Shown here piece after piece: positions 27,401 through 36,425 of a DNA stretch of 64,000 nt. The stretch lies in the NCBI GenBank assembly GCA_965208125.1, contig OZ242320.1, forward strand, positions 192,001 to 256,000, written 5' to 3'. Within the stretch, counting starts at the first letter, position 1. Every line of letters begins with the position of its first letter. The notes below the pieces were generated by a model. It had not been told where the DNA came from. It made no database searches and saw only the letters and a list, made by a program, of their open reading frames with translations. The translations under genes and the position numbers were made by a program. Origin of the DNA: Candidatus Latescibacterota bacterium. Lineage in GTDB: Bacteria > Latescibacterota > UBA2968.

Positions 27401-29212
27401 CTAATCGCTATAACTGAGGCCATAACCATACGGGAAAAGCGGCTGGTAGGGTTGTTCGCCCCTATTTACATTTTCATCTTCAGACTTTGGCCAGGAAAAA
27501 GACAACTTGCCCTGAAAATCGCAATCGCCAAAAAGAACATCGGCGACCCCCTGCCCTTCTGAACCGGGCAACCATGCCGCCACAAAAGCAGACGCCGCTT
27601 TTAATTCTCTGTTAATAACCAGAGGGCGTCCCGACACCAAAACAGCAACCACGGGAATCCCTTTTGACCCGATATCCTCAATCGTCTGCAAATCCTCCGG
27701 ATGCAACTCTGCCAATTCCAGACTCTCTCCGTAGGCATCCTGCAATTTCATCAGACCCCTTATCTGGGATCCCACTTCTATTACAACATCATCTCCGCTT
27801 CGAATATCGCCCAAACCTTCGGCATAGGGCTTCTCGCCAATCGCGACAACGGCAACATCATACGCGCCAGCATCGACATTTGCGCCCCCCGTATGCAACA
27901 CGGCCTGAGGTGCCACATTAGCTATCCCCTCCCAAATCGAGGTACCACCTTCGATCAAATCATTGCCACACACGCCCTGCCATCTGACCGTCCAACCACC
28001 GCACTGATACCCGCGATTATGGGCACTCTTGCCAGCGACCAGAATTCGCGCATCCCTGTCCAGCGGCAGCAAACCATCGGTGTTCTTGAGCAACACCAGA
28101 GATTTTCGCACCGCATCGCGTGCAACCTCCCTGTGCTCCTGTGAGCCAAAATACCCGTGACCTGCCCAGTAACTCTGTGAGGGCTTCGGCCTGTCAAATA
28201 AACCATAAGCAGATTTAACCGACAAAATCCGCCGTACCGCATCGTCAATCCTATCTATCGAAACGGTTTTTCGCTCAACGTGTCGCCTGAGATGACCGAT
28301 AAATTTTCTCCACGTCTCTGGAAGCATAAACATATCAATGCCGGCATTCACCGATAGCGCGACCGCATCCCCATAATCGGGTGCCAGTTGGTTTATACCC
28401 TCCCAATCGGAAACGATAAATCCCCGAAATCCCATCTCGCCCTTCAGAAGATGCGTGAGCAGATACTCGTGCCCGTGGCACTTATCCCCATTCCAACAAT
28501 TGTAGGACGCCATGATAGTGAGCACACCCGCTTCAATAGCCGGGTAATAAGGCGCAATATGGATACTTTCCAACTCGGCTTTTGTCACTTCGGTATTTCC
28601 CTGATCAATCCCGTATATGGTCCCCCCGTCGCCCACCCAGTGTTTGGCACACGCAATCACACTATCTTCACAGAGATCACCCTGCAAGGCACCGACGAAT
28701 CTGCTGGCATACGAAACAACAATCTCGGGATCTTCCGAATAGCTCTCGTAGCAACGCCCCCAGCGATTATCGCGTGCCACCGCCAGACTCGGCGCAAAAA
28801 CCCATTGTACACCGCACGCGAGCACCTCACGCATAGTGACCTGTGCAATACGCGCCATAAGATCGGGATCATTGGCACATCCCAGGCCGATATTATGCGG
28901 AAATACGGTCGCACCCATCACGTTATTGTTGCCATGCACGGCATCTATGCCGTAAAGAATGGGAATCCCCAGCGGTGCGTCAAGGGATGCATCCCAATAG
29001 GCATCGATCATAGCGAGCCAATCTTCCGGACGATTATCGCCCGGAGATGAACCGCCACCGCTCAAAACCGAACCTATATGATGGGCTTTGACCTCATCGG
29101 GCCTGATCGTATTGCGCTCTGCCTGAACCATCTGACCAATTTTCTGATCCAGACTCATCTCTGCAATCAGCGCTTCGACTCTCTCTACGTCAACTATTAG
29201 CTCACGCATCAC
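27401..29212 (-). CDS. GH3 beta-glucosidase / exo-beta-glucanase
   Basis: KIGQMVQ, GIDAVHG, VFPHNIGLG, RWGR.YES, AKHWVGDGG, VSDW nucleophile, KSLVLLKN, AWLPGSEG; no signal peptide. Confidence 0.93.
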   Translation of the reverse strand: MMRELIVDVERVEALIAEMSLDQKIGQMVQAERNTIRPDEVKAHHIGSVLSGGGSSPGDNRPEDWLAMIDAYWDASLDAPLGIPILYGIDAVHGNNNVMGATVFPHNIGLGCANDPDLMARIAQVTMREVLACGVQWVFAPSLAVARDNRWGRCYESYSEDPEIVVSYASRFVGALQGDLCEDSVIACAKHWVGDGGTIYGIDQGNTEVTKAELESIHIAPYYPAIEAGVLTIMASYNCWNGDKCHGHEYLLTHLLKGEMGFRGFIVSDWEGINQLAPDYGDAVALSVNAGIDMFMLPETWRKFIGHLRRHVERKTVSIDRIDDAVRRILSVKSAYGLFDRPKPSQSYWAGHGYFGSQEHREVARDAVRKSLVLLKNTDGLLPLDRDARILVAGKSAHNRGYQCGGWTVRWQGVCGNDLIEGGTSIWEGIANVAPQAVLHTGGANVDAGAYDVAVVAIGEKPYAEGLGDIRSGDDVVIEVGSQIRGLMKLQDAYGESLELAELHPEDLQTIEDIGSKGIPVVAVLVSGRPLVINRELKAASAFVAAWLPGSEGQGVADVLFGDCDFQGKLSFSWPKSEDENVNRGEQPYQPLFPYGYGLSYSD

Positions 29213-30666
29213 GCATCTCCAACTGCCACACTGCCGCGCCTGCGCTCGAGTTCCTCGCGCACCTGATGGGCTTTTTCTTCAGTGAGCGTATATGTCGCAA
29301 TCGCCCAAATCGCAATACCAGAGAAGATCATGGGAACGACAACATCAAAAAACCTCAGCAGAAAGAGGGTGTCCTCGGACTGGGCCTCTCCTAAAGCCAC
29401 ATCAAATCCAGTCAAATTGAGCAGAGGGCCGCCTACCGCCAATGCCATGGACTGGCCGAGTTTCACCATCCACCAATATACCGATCCAAATATTCCCTCC
29501 CTGCGCTCATTGGTCTCCAACTCGTCAAGGTCGCAAACATCCGCGACCATGGACGGCATCAAGGTGAACAACCCACCCAGGCCAAAGGCAATCAATGGCA
29601 TAGGCAATACCACCAACAAGGGAATATCGGGATTGTAGCAAAACCACTTTAGCCCATACCCAATAATAGAAATACCCGTGGAAAGAAAAAATGCCCGCCG
29701 CTTGCCGATCTTCGTACCCACCCAGGTGATGAGAATGACTACCAAAAATGCGGATACGGTCGCTGTCGTGCCCGCATAAGCAAGATACTCCGATCCTATC
29801 TTTTGATCGCCGCCAGAAACGTAATAGATAATCACATAGGCCTGAAAAGAAGCGATCATGATAAAGCCATTGAACACGAGAAATGTCGCCGCGCAGAGCT
29901 TGAGAAAAGGACGGAATTTCAGCGTGGTGGCAAACCCCTTAAAGAAGCTGATCATGCTTCGCTTAAATTCCGCGAGAAAGGGCTTCTTTTCTTTTGGCGT
30001 TGCATCATCGGCTTCCTTAAATCGCTCCTTGAGAAAAATTGCGGGCAAGATGCCAATGACAATTGTCGCAACCCCAATGGCGATGCCCAATCCCGCAGCC
30101 CCATCGACCATATCATCGAATATCTCGTACTGCATAATCCACAAAAACCACGGCGACAGCAAATAGGCGAGTTGACCGATAAAATTTTGCACCCCCATCA
30201 GGCGCGTGCGCTCGTGATAATCCGGCGTCAACTCATAGCCGAGAGCCACCCACGGCGTTGCAAAAACCGTATAGGCGAGAAAAAAGAGGATTGAACCGGC
30301 GAGAAAAAAATAAAAATAGAACATCTCGCTCTGGCCTCTCGGCAACTGCCACAGCAACGCGAAAATAAGCCCCGCAGCAATCGCGCCGCAAAAGATATAA
30401 GGCCGCCGCCGTCCCCATTTCGACCGCGTATTATCGGAGAGATACCCCATCAGCGGATCGGTAATCGCATCGGTCACACGCGGCAAAGCCCCCAGCAAAC
30501 CCACGAGCGCGGGATTCATCCCCAAGCCGAGGTTCAACACGATCACCATGCCACCAATCGCGCCAGCAAGCAAATTATTGACAAATGCACCCACCCCATA
30601 AATTAACTTTTGACCAAATGAAATTCGATCTTCTGGCGCGGTTTCGTAATGCACTGTATCGTTCAT
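29209..30666 (-). CDS. Glycoside-pentoside-hexuronide (GPH/MFS) sugar symporter
   Basis: DAITDPLMG..SD..RS.WGRRRPY, ELTPDYHERT, MVADVCD.DE..RREG; about 12 TM. Confidence 0.92.
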   Translation of the reverse strand: MNDTVHYETAPEDRISFGQKLIYGVGAFVNNLLAGAIGGMVIVLNLGLGMNPALVGLLGALPRVTDAITDPLMGYLSDNTRSKWGRRRPYIFCGAIAAGLIFALLWQLPRGQSEMFYFYFFLAGSILFFLAYTVFATPWVALGYELTPDYHERTRLMGVQNFIGQLAYLLSPWFLWIMQYEIFDDMVDGAAGLGIAIGVATIVIGILPAIFLKERFKEADDATPKEKKPFLAEFKRSMISFFKGFATTLKFRPFLKLCAATFLVFNGFIMIASFQAYVIIYYVSGGDQKIGSEYLAYAGTTATVSAFLVVILITWVGTKIGKRRAFFLSTGISIIGYGLKWFCYNPDIPLLVVLPMPLIAFGLGGLFTLMPSMVADVCDLDELETNERREGIFGSVYWWMVKLGQSMALAVGGPLLNLTGFDVALGEAQSEDTLFLLRFFDVVVPMIFSGIAIWAIATYTLTEEKAHQVREELERRRGSVAVGDA

Positions 30667-30704
30667 AAGAATCCTTTGTGACTGCTTCGCAGAGATAATT
30701 TTTG

Positions 30705-32453
30705 CTATTTACCCTCATCGGTGAAATAGACATTATCGAGAAGCATTACATCCCCCGCGCTGCCGCCTGGTCCCGTCAGATTAAAAGGCGAAGAAACCGC
30801 TGACAGATTCAAACCATCCCCAGCAAAGTCAGCCAGTGGAATCACCAGCGTGTGCCACATCCCGTCATTGACATATCCATATGCACTCGCCTTGACAATA
30901 TGGCGGTCATTATTCGCACCCGTCATCCCAATCTCAATATTTGTAAACGTCGTCGATTTCAAGCTGATGTATAACGAGCCAAATGCACTCAGATCCCGCG
31001 TGCTATCCCAATGAATCCCAAACCCCCACCAGGCATTACCTCCGTGAACAATCCCATCTGAAATCGCACCTTCGAGACGATCTTCCGAAGCCTCTAACGC
31101 CACAGTATTTTCATACAGATAAAGGTGCGTGTTCTCACCGTTAATCTCAACGCTATCAGACCTACCACCTTCGTAAAAACGACCAACGCTGAGCCGCTTT
31201 TCGCCCGCCTGAAATAGATCGACCATTGGATCACCGCTCGGGACACCAACCCCGGCATTTTCAGTAGTGAAATAGACATTGTCCAGGAGTGCATAATCTC
31301 CCGCATTACCACCGGGACCCGTCAGATTCAAAGGAGAAGAAACCGCTGACAGAATCAAACCGTCCTTGACAAAATCCGCCAGTGGAATCGCCAGCGTGTG
31401 CCACATCCCGTCGTTGACATATCCATATGCACTCGCCTTGACAATGTGACGATCATTATTCGCACCCGTCATACCGATCTCGATATCGGCAAAAGTCGTC
31501 GATTGAAAACTGATATACATCGTGCCCCACGCACTCAGATCCCGAGTGTCATTCCAATGCACCCCCATCCCCCACCAGGTGCCCCCACCATGCACGAGGC
31601 GATCTGAGCTGAGACCTTCAATGCGATCATTGGAAATCTCTATTGCCACAGTATTTTCATACAGATAGAGATGCGTATTCTCCTGGTTAATCTCAATATT
31701 TTCAGAACTTCCACCTTCGTAAAAACCGCCAATACTGAGCCGCTGTTCGCCCTCCTGATAGGGGTATGGACCGGGCAGCGGCGGACCAATAGCTGCCGCT
31801 TCATTCGCCTCTACATTCTCCGTAGTAAAATAAACATTGTCCAGGAGTGCATAATCTCCCGCATTGCCACCAGGTCCCGTCAGATTCAAAGGGGAAGAAA
31901 CCGCTGATAGATTCAGACCATCCCGGATAAAATCAGCCAGTGGAATCGCCAGTGTGTGCCACTTCCCATCGCTGACATATCCATACGCACTCGCCAGAAC
32001 AACGTGGCGGTCATTTTCCGCACCCGTCATACCGATCTCGATATCGGCAAAAGTCGTCGATTGAAAGCTAATATACATCGTGCCCCACGCGCTCAAATCC
32101 CGAGGGCTATCCCAATGCACCCCCATCCCCCACCAGGCACCTCCTGCATGCACGAGACGATCCGCCTCAAGTCCTTCGAGACGGTCGCCCGAAAAACTCA
32201 GAGCCACGGTATTTTCATACAGATAGAGATGCGTATTCTCCTGATTGATCTCAATATTTTCAGAACTTCCACCTTCGTAAAAGCCACCAATACTCAGCCG
32301 CTGTTCGCCCTCTACGTATGGATCGGGACCAACAATGGGGCTTAAACCGGAATCGAACGGCACCTGGTCTTCGTAGTTGGGATCGCTAATTCCCGACCGA
32401 CATCCGGCCAGAACCATTAGGAGCAACAAGCCTGTAATCGTCCTTATGTTCAT
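30705..32453 (-). CDS. Lipoprotein with three tandem CBM-like beta-sandwich repeats
   Basis: LAGC lipobox; 3 x ~175-aa repeat RLS.G.FYEGG..WWG.G.HW..DLSA..G.WHTL.IPLADF..LLDNVYFT. Confidence 0.8.
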   Translation of the reverse strand: MNIRTITGLLLLMVLAGCRSGISDPNYEDQVPFDSGLSPIVGPDPYVEGEQRLSIGGFYEGGSSENIEINQENTHLYLYENTVALSFSGDRLEGLEADRLVHAGGAWWGMGVHWDSPRDLSAWGTMYISFQSTTFADIEIGMTGAENDRHVVLASAYGYVSDGKWHTLAIPLADFIRDGLNLSAVSSPLNLTGPGGNAGDYALLDNVYFTTENVEANEAAAIGPPLPGPYPYQEGEQRLSIGGFYEGGSSENIEINQENTHLYLYENTVAIEISNDRIEGLSSDRLVHGGGTWWGMGVHWNDTRDLSAWGTMYISFQSTTFADIEIGMTGANNDRHIVKASAYGYVNDGMWHTLAIPLADFVKDGLILSAVSSPLNLTGPGGNAGDYALLDNVYFTTENAGVGVPSGDPMVDLFQAGEKRLSVGRFYEGGRSDSVEINGENTHLYLYENTVALEASEDRLEGAISDGIVHGGNAWWGFGIHWDSTRDLSAFGSLYISLKSTTFTNIEIGMTGANNDRHIVKASAYGYVNDGMWHTLVIPLADFAGDGLNLSAVSSPFNLTGPGGSAGDVMLLDNVYFTDEGK

Positions 32454-33013
32454 TGTCTCACCGCTTTCAAATTGCCGTCGGGTCCCTGCACCAGAACCCA
32501 GCCGCCAGTGGGCGTGCCACCGAGTTCAATAATCCCATTGAACGCCGATGTCACCAATTCAAAAAAGGTCTTGCCCTCCGAGTCATAACTAGCTGCATCG
32601 GGGAAATTGTCGAGTACTGATTGGTACGCGCCAATAGCCATCTCGCGCACCGTGTCCAAATCTTCTGGCCTCGCCTTGCCCTGTGACCATATCTGATGCA
32701 GACTCACGGCAACATAATACTGGTGTTCGCCCGAGGGCTGTTTGACCAGCCAGGTTGCCCAACTGTAAAAGGCAGCCACATGATTGCCGCTGTTGTGAAT
32801 ATCCCACTTGGTCGTCTCACCTGAAGATGCGCGGGCAAACGGATTGTTGGGATCGTCGAGAACCGCTTTGCTCGGATGGATACCCGCTTCTTTGTCGAAC
32901 ACCACAAACGGCGCATCGCTAAATGAACTGCCATAGACAAAATCGCCCGGCTCCGAACACGCACTCAGGATGAGAAGCACCAGCAGACCAGTGATATTTT
33001 GTACTAATTTCAT
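32450..33013 (-). CDS. Hypothetical lipoprotein
   Basis: LSAC lipobox; ATGA-coupled to the downstream gene. Confidence 0.75.
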   Translation of the reverse strand: MKLVQNITGLLVLLILSACSEPGDFVYGSSFSDAPFVVFDKEAGIHPSKAVLDDPNNPFARASSGETTKWDIHNSGNHVAAFYSWATWLVKQPSGEHQYYVAVSLHQIWSQGKARPEDLDTVREMAIGAYQSVLDNFPDAASYDSEGKTFFELVTSAFNGIIELGGTPTGGWVLVQGPDGNLKAVRQ

Positions 33014-33021
33014 ATCATCCC

Positions 33022-36000
33022 TCACAGGCCAACGTTGACGTAAATACCAATCTCCAACTCTCGACCACGCTTATTCGAGTTTCTGGGATCGGATACGAAC
33101 TCTGAAGAATTTTCGTCGAGTGTGCGAAACTGTGCACGCACGCCAAACCGCGTTCCAAGCCCTTCCAGACCAGCCGGTGCCAGACCATAGGAGGCATCCA
33201 GGTACCACTGTATTGGATAGGTCAAATTAAAATCGCGATGGAAGTCATAAGGCCCCCAATCGTCAAAGTGCAGTTTTGTTCTGGCGTGAAAAGTCCGCCA
33301 CCACATACTCATATCAATGCCATAACGCCTGATCAGACGCGAGTCTTCACCGCGCGATTGCCCTTCACCTGCCAAAAACGTGGTTACCACTCGCGTATCG
33401 CGACTCGGGTTGTGGACCGTGTGTAGCTTGACTTCCCATACATCCTCTGCCGGCGGTGCAGTGCCAAAAGCGGCGATACTCCCATCTCCGAGCGTGAACG
33501 TATTCGCATCGCGCTGTTCGGGCTGATGGCGATACCAGATGTCCAGGGCAGCTACAAAACCGGCGTCTTCCTTAATATCGCGATCCCATGTGTGGAACCA
33601 CGTGCCGGGTGTGGGATCATATACGATGAGTAGTTCTCCAGCAATGGTCTCGCGGTTATCGCCCACCACAAAGGGATCGTCAATAATGCTACGCGGGCGC
33701 ACAGCCGGATAATAAATCCCCGTAATGCGATTGTAAAAATCGTCAATTTTGGGATTGGCTGGTATGATGGGTTTCTGATACAGAAATTGTGGCGCAATCT
33801 CAAAAAGCCCGGCCCTCGTGGAAAACCCGGTTGAAAGCGCCCAGTGATTGCCCCGCCCACTCTCCTTAATTGACCAACCAGTCAAAAGGGTCGCGTAATT
33901 ATAGCCTCCATCCGCAACAGGTCCCATCAAACTGCCCTGAGCATACCAGCGCATAGGTGCACCGTTATAAATAATACGCGCCCTGCCACCAAACGTATCG
34001 CCCAGGCGGACCTCGTCGTCAATGATCGCATATCCAGAATCCAGATAACTGCTTCCATCGGTCTTTTCAACCCATGTGAACGGATCACCGACTTTGGGCG
34101 ACCCCGAGAAGATCCCGCCAAATTCGAGCGTAAAAGATCCGGTATCGTAGCCAAAGTAGAACGACGACCGCCGGTTCAATGGTTCGGGAACCGCAAAACT
34201 CGTCTGCGCGCCAGACGCCTCAACAATATCTTCGTGGTGAATGAGGGCATAACGCCATTTGCCAGAGGTGCGGTAATACTTGACGAGCACAGCGGCATTT
34301 GCGCCCCACCACAACTCGGGACCGATAGCCACTTTCAGGCCATTCATTTCTCCTTTGCCGGTAAACTCAAAACCGATGGGCGCTTGCCCGTTGTAAATAT
34401 CGAGATTGGAACCGTAATTGGCTTCGGGATAAAAACCGAAAAAATCGCCCTCATACCCCCAGTGGAAGTGACCCGTACGGAAAAATCCACTGAGCGTAAA
34501 TCCGGGCTGTTCGATGGTAAGATCGGCGGCATAGATAGCAAAGCGATCATTAACTTTTCGCGCTTCGCGCGAAGGTGCTTCCCCCGGTTCGGGCACAACG
34601 ACCTCTAAAGCTCGCGTTTCGTAAAAAATATTGTCGAGCCGGTTCTGCGCCACAGCACCCACGCCGTGCAAAGACAATCGCGCACTCAGGCCTGCCCCCG
34701 GATTGATCTCAAAATCCGTCCAGAACGACTCGGTGTGCCCAAACAGTTGTTTTTCACCGCGCTCTGTCTGTGCATTGCCACTGCTCACACTCGACTCATA
34801 CCGCATGCGGATATCACTCACGCGAACAACGCCCAGCCGCTCGACTTCGGACAGCGCGCGCCCCGTAGCATAATGATGGATGTGGTCGGCTATGCGAATG
34901 CCACCAAAGTGCTGTGCGATGCGCTCAGGCGTTGTCGGCGGCGCATAAGGGTCAAGCGCAAATGCCTCTCGCAAAACATAGTAGGCCGTTCTCGGTGTTA
35001 CCGTGGCAAATTTGTTTTCATCGGGCCAATTTTTAGCGGTAATCCCCCACCACTCTTCATTCATATTGTTGCGCCCCTCCACATAGTCGTGTGGATAGGC
35101 CGCCGTAACCCAACTCGCATTGGTATCGTGAACATCGAGGTTTTCTTCCTGACGGAATTTCCACCAACCGTCGGACCACTGAAAAATAAAACCACCGATA
35201 GACGTACCGGCCTTACCCTTGCCATACGACTGCTCGTAAATTTCTCGCCACTGTCCGAGGAGATACCAGGCCTGAGATACGTCATCTTCTTTCTCAAGAC
35301 GCGCATCGTAAGCATCGGCCCCAAACTCTGTGTAGATAAAGGGAACATTGAGTTCCTTGTGAACGCGCTCAAAAAGGTCCCCGCTCGATACACCGCGATA
35401 AACATTGCCCCCCATCGCGTCAATATCTTTGCAGGTCCGGGCGATAATATCGAGGTATTGAATATCGCCATTGGCAAGCGCAACAGGGCGTTTGTCATCG
35501 AGATTTTTGACCAGAGTTGCAGCCTCGCCCATGAGAGAATAAAGGTGTTCGGCACGCGGGTCGGGAGCACCTTCGGGCAAATCCTGAATCTCAAAACCCG
35601 TCCACGCCAACCCGTAGTTATTCTCGTTGCCGAGCAAATAGATGAGCACGCCCCGCGTATCCACATAACGCTCAACTGTCGCGCGCAAATCGTCCAGAAT
35701 AGCCTTGCGCGTAGCCGGATCGCTGTAGTCGGTATTGGGCACAAAAACCCCATTGATTTCAAAGCCATAGCGTCCCATCAAGTGATTGACAGCAGACATG
35801 ATGCCGTATTTTTCATAGATATATTCTACCCAGCGCGGCGGAATATCTGAGAACAAACGAATAGCATTGACGCCCATATCGCGCATCATCGCCATCTCGT
35901 TATCCAGCACTTGCATAATGAACGCATCGGACTGATCCCACAGCGAGTAGCTATAGTTTTCGCCGATGGGGATATAGCCCCAGTTCATACCAAATACCAT

Positions 36001-36138
36001 AAAATCTTTGCCATCAACCTGGAGTTTCCAGCCGCGGTCATCGTGAAAAACGACCACTTCGTTTGGTTGTGCCCACACAACCTCGAACGAAGAGACACTC
36101 ACGAGCAATAGCACAGTCAAAAGATATCGGTTCATCAT
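33022..36138 (-). CDS. Clan GH-A (GH2-like TIM barrel) glycosidase with a predicted C-terminal outer-membrane beta-barrel
   Basis: Signal peptide; MGVNAIR, LGNENN (acid/base), YTEFG (nucleophile); C-terminal half of amphipathic strands ending ELEIGIYVNVGL; start placed downstream of the sigma54 promoter. Confidence 0.8.
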   Translation of the reverse strand: MMNRYLLTVLLLVSVSSFEVVWAQPNEVVVFHDDRGWKLQVDGKDFMVFGMNWGYIPIGENYSYSLWDQSDAFIMQVLDNEMAMMRDMGVNAIRLFSDIPPRWVEYIYEKYGIMSAVNHLMGRYGFEINGVFVPNTDYSDPATRKAILDDLRATVERYVDTRGVLIYLLGNENNYGLAWTGFEIQDLPEGAPDPRAEHLYSLMGEAATLVKNLDDKRPVALANGDIQYLDIIARTCKDIDAMGGNVYRGVSSGDLFERVHKELNVPFIYTEFGADAYDARLEKEDDVSQAWYLLGQWREIYEQSYGKGKAGTSIGGFIFQWSDGWWKFRQEENLDVHDTNASWVTAAYPHDYVEGRNNMNEEWWGITAKNWPDENKFATVTPRTAYYVLREAFALDPYAPPTTPERIAQHFGGIRIADHIHHYATGRALSEVERLGVVRVSDIRMRYESSVSSGNAQTERGEKQLFGHTESFWTDFEINPGAGLSARLSLHGVGAVAQNRLDNIFYETRALEVVVPEPGEAPSREARKVNDRFAIYAADLTIEQPGFTLSGFFRTGHFHWGYEGDFFGFYPEANYGSNLDIYNGQAPIGFEFTGKGEMNGLKVAIGPELWWGANAAVLVKYYRTSGKWRYALIHHEDIVEASGAQTSFAVPEPLNRRSSFYFGYDTGSFTLEFGGIFSGSPKVGDPFTWVEKTDGSSYLDSGYAIIDDEVRLGDTFGGRARIIYNGAPMRWYAQGSLMGPVADGGYNYATLLTGWSIKESGRGNHWALSTGFSTRAGLFEIAPQFLYQKPIIPANPKIDDFYNRITGIYYPAVRPRSIIDDPFVVGDNRETIAGELLIVYDPTPGTWFHTWDRDIKEDAGFVAALDIWYRHQPEQRDANTFTLGDGSIAAFGTAPPAEDVWEVKLHTVHNPSRDTRVVTTFLAGEGQSRGEDSRLIRRYGIDMSMWWRTFHARTKLHFDDWGPYDFHRDFNLTYPIQWYLDASYGLAPAGLEGLGTRFGVRAQFRTLDENSSEFVSDPRNSNKRGRELEIGIYVNVGL

Positions 36139-36203
36139 ATTGAAAACCTGTATAAAGAGTTGGAATTCAAGCGCCGGATTGGTTTTTTTCATAGCAAAAG
36201 CTA

Positions 36204-36219
36204 TGCAACATGCGTGCCA
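36204..36219 (-). promoter_or_regulatory. sigma54 -24/-12 promoter (cassette 4)
   Basis: TGGCAC-GCATG-TTGCA. Confidence 0.85.
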
Positions 36220-36293
36220 CATAAATTGTTTCAAGCAATATATATCCATAAAGTATTATTTTTATTACATATAATTTATAGAACTAATAAAAA

Positions 36294-36425
36294 AAGCCAA
36301 GCTGTGTTTTTGCCGAAAGGACCATATATGACCCCCAAAACAACCAGAATGGCTCTTATATTATTTATTAACAGACATTTATAATTAAAGGGTCATATTT
36401 AACCCTAAAAGACCAAATGTGACCC
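36294..36425. promoter_or_regulatory. Putative enhancer (UAS) array, variant type
   Basis: Three related 16-mers GGACCATATATGACCC, GGGTCATATTTAACCC, AGACCAAATGTGACCC upstream of an AT-rich tract. Confidence 0.55.

Noticed and set aside
36139-36249. Upstream start codons in the ORF track for the glycosidase-barrel gene (and 54685 for the giant gene)
   Set aside because: The 36249 start lies upstream of the sigma54 promoter and 54685 lacks an SD; the downstream starts give proper signal peptides
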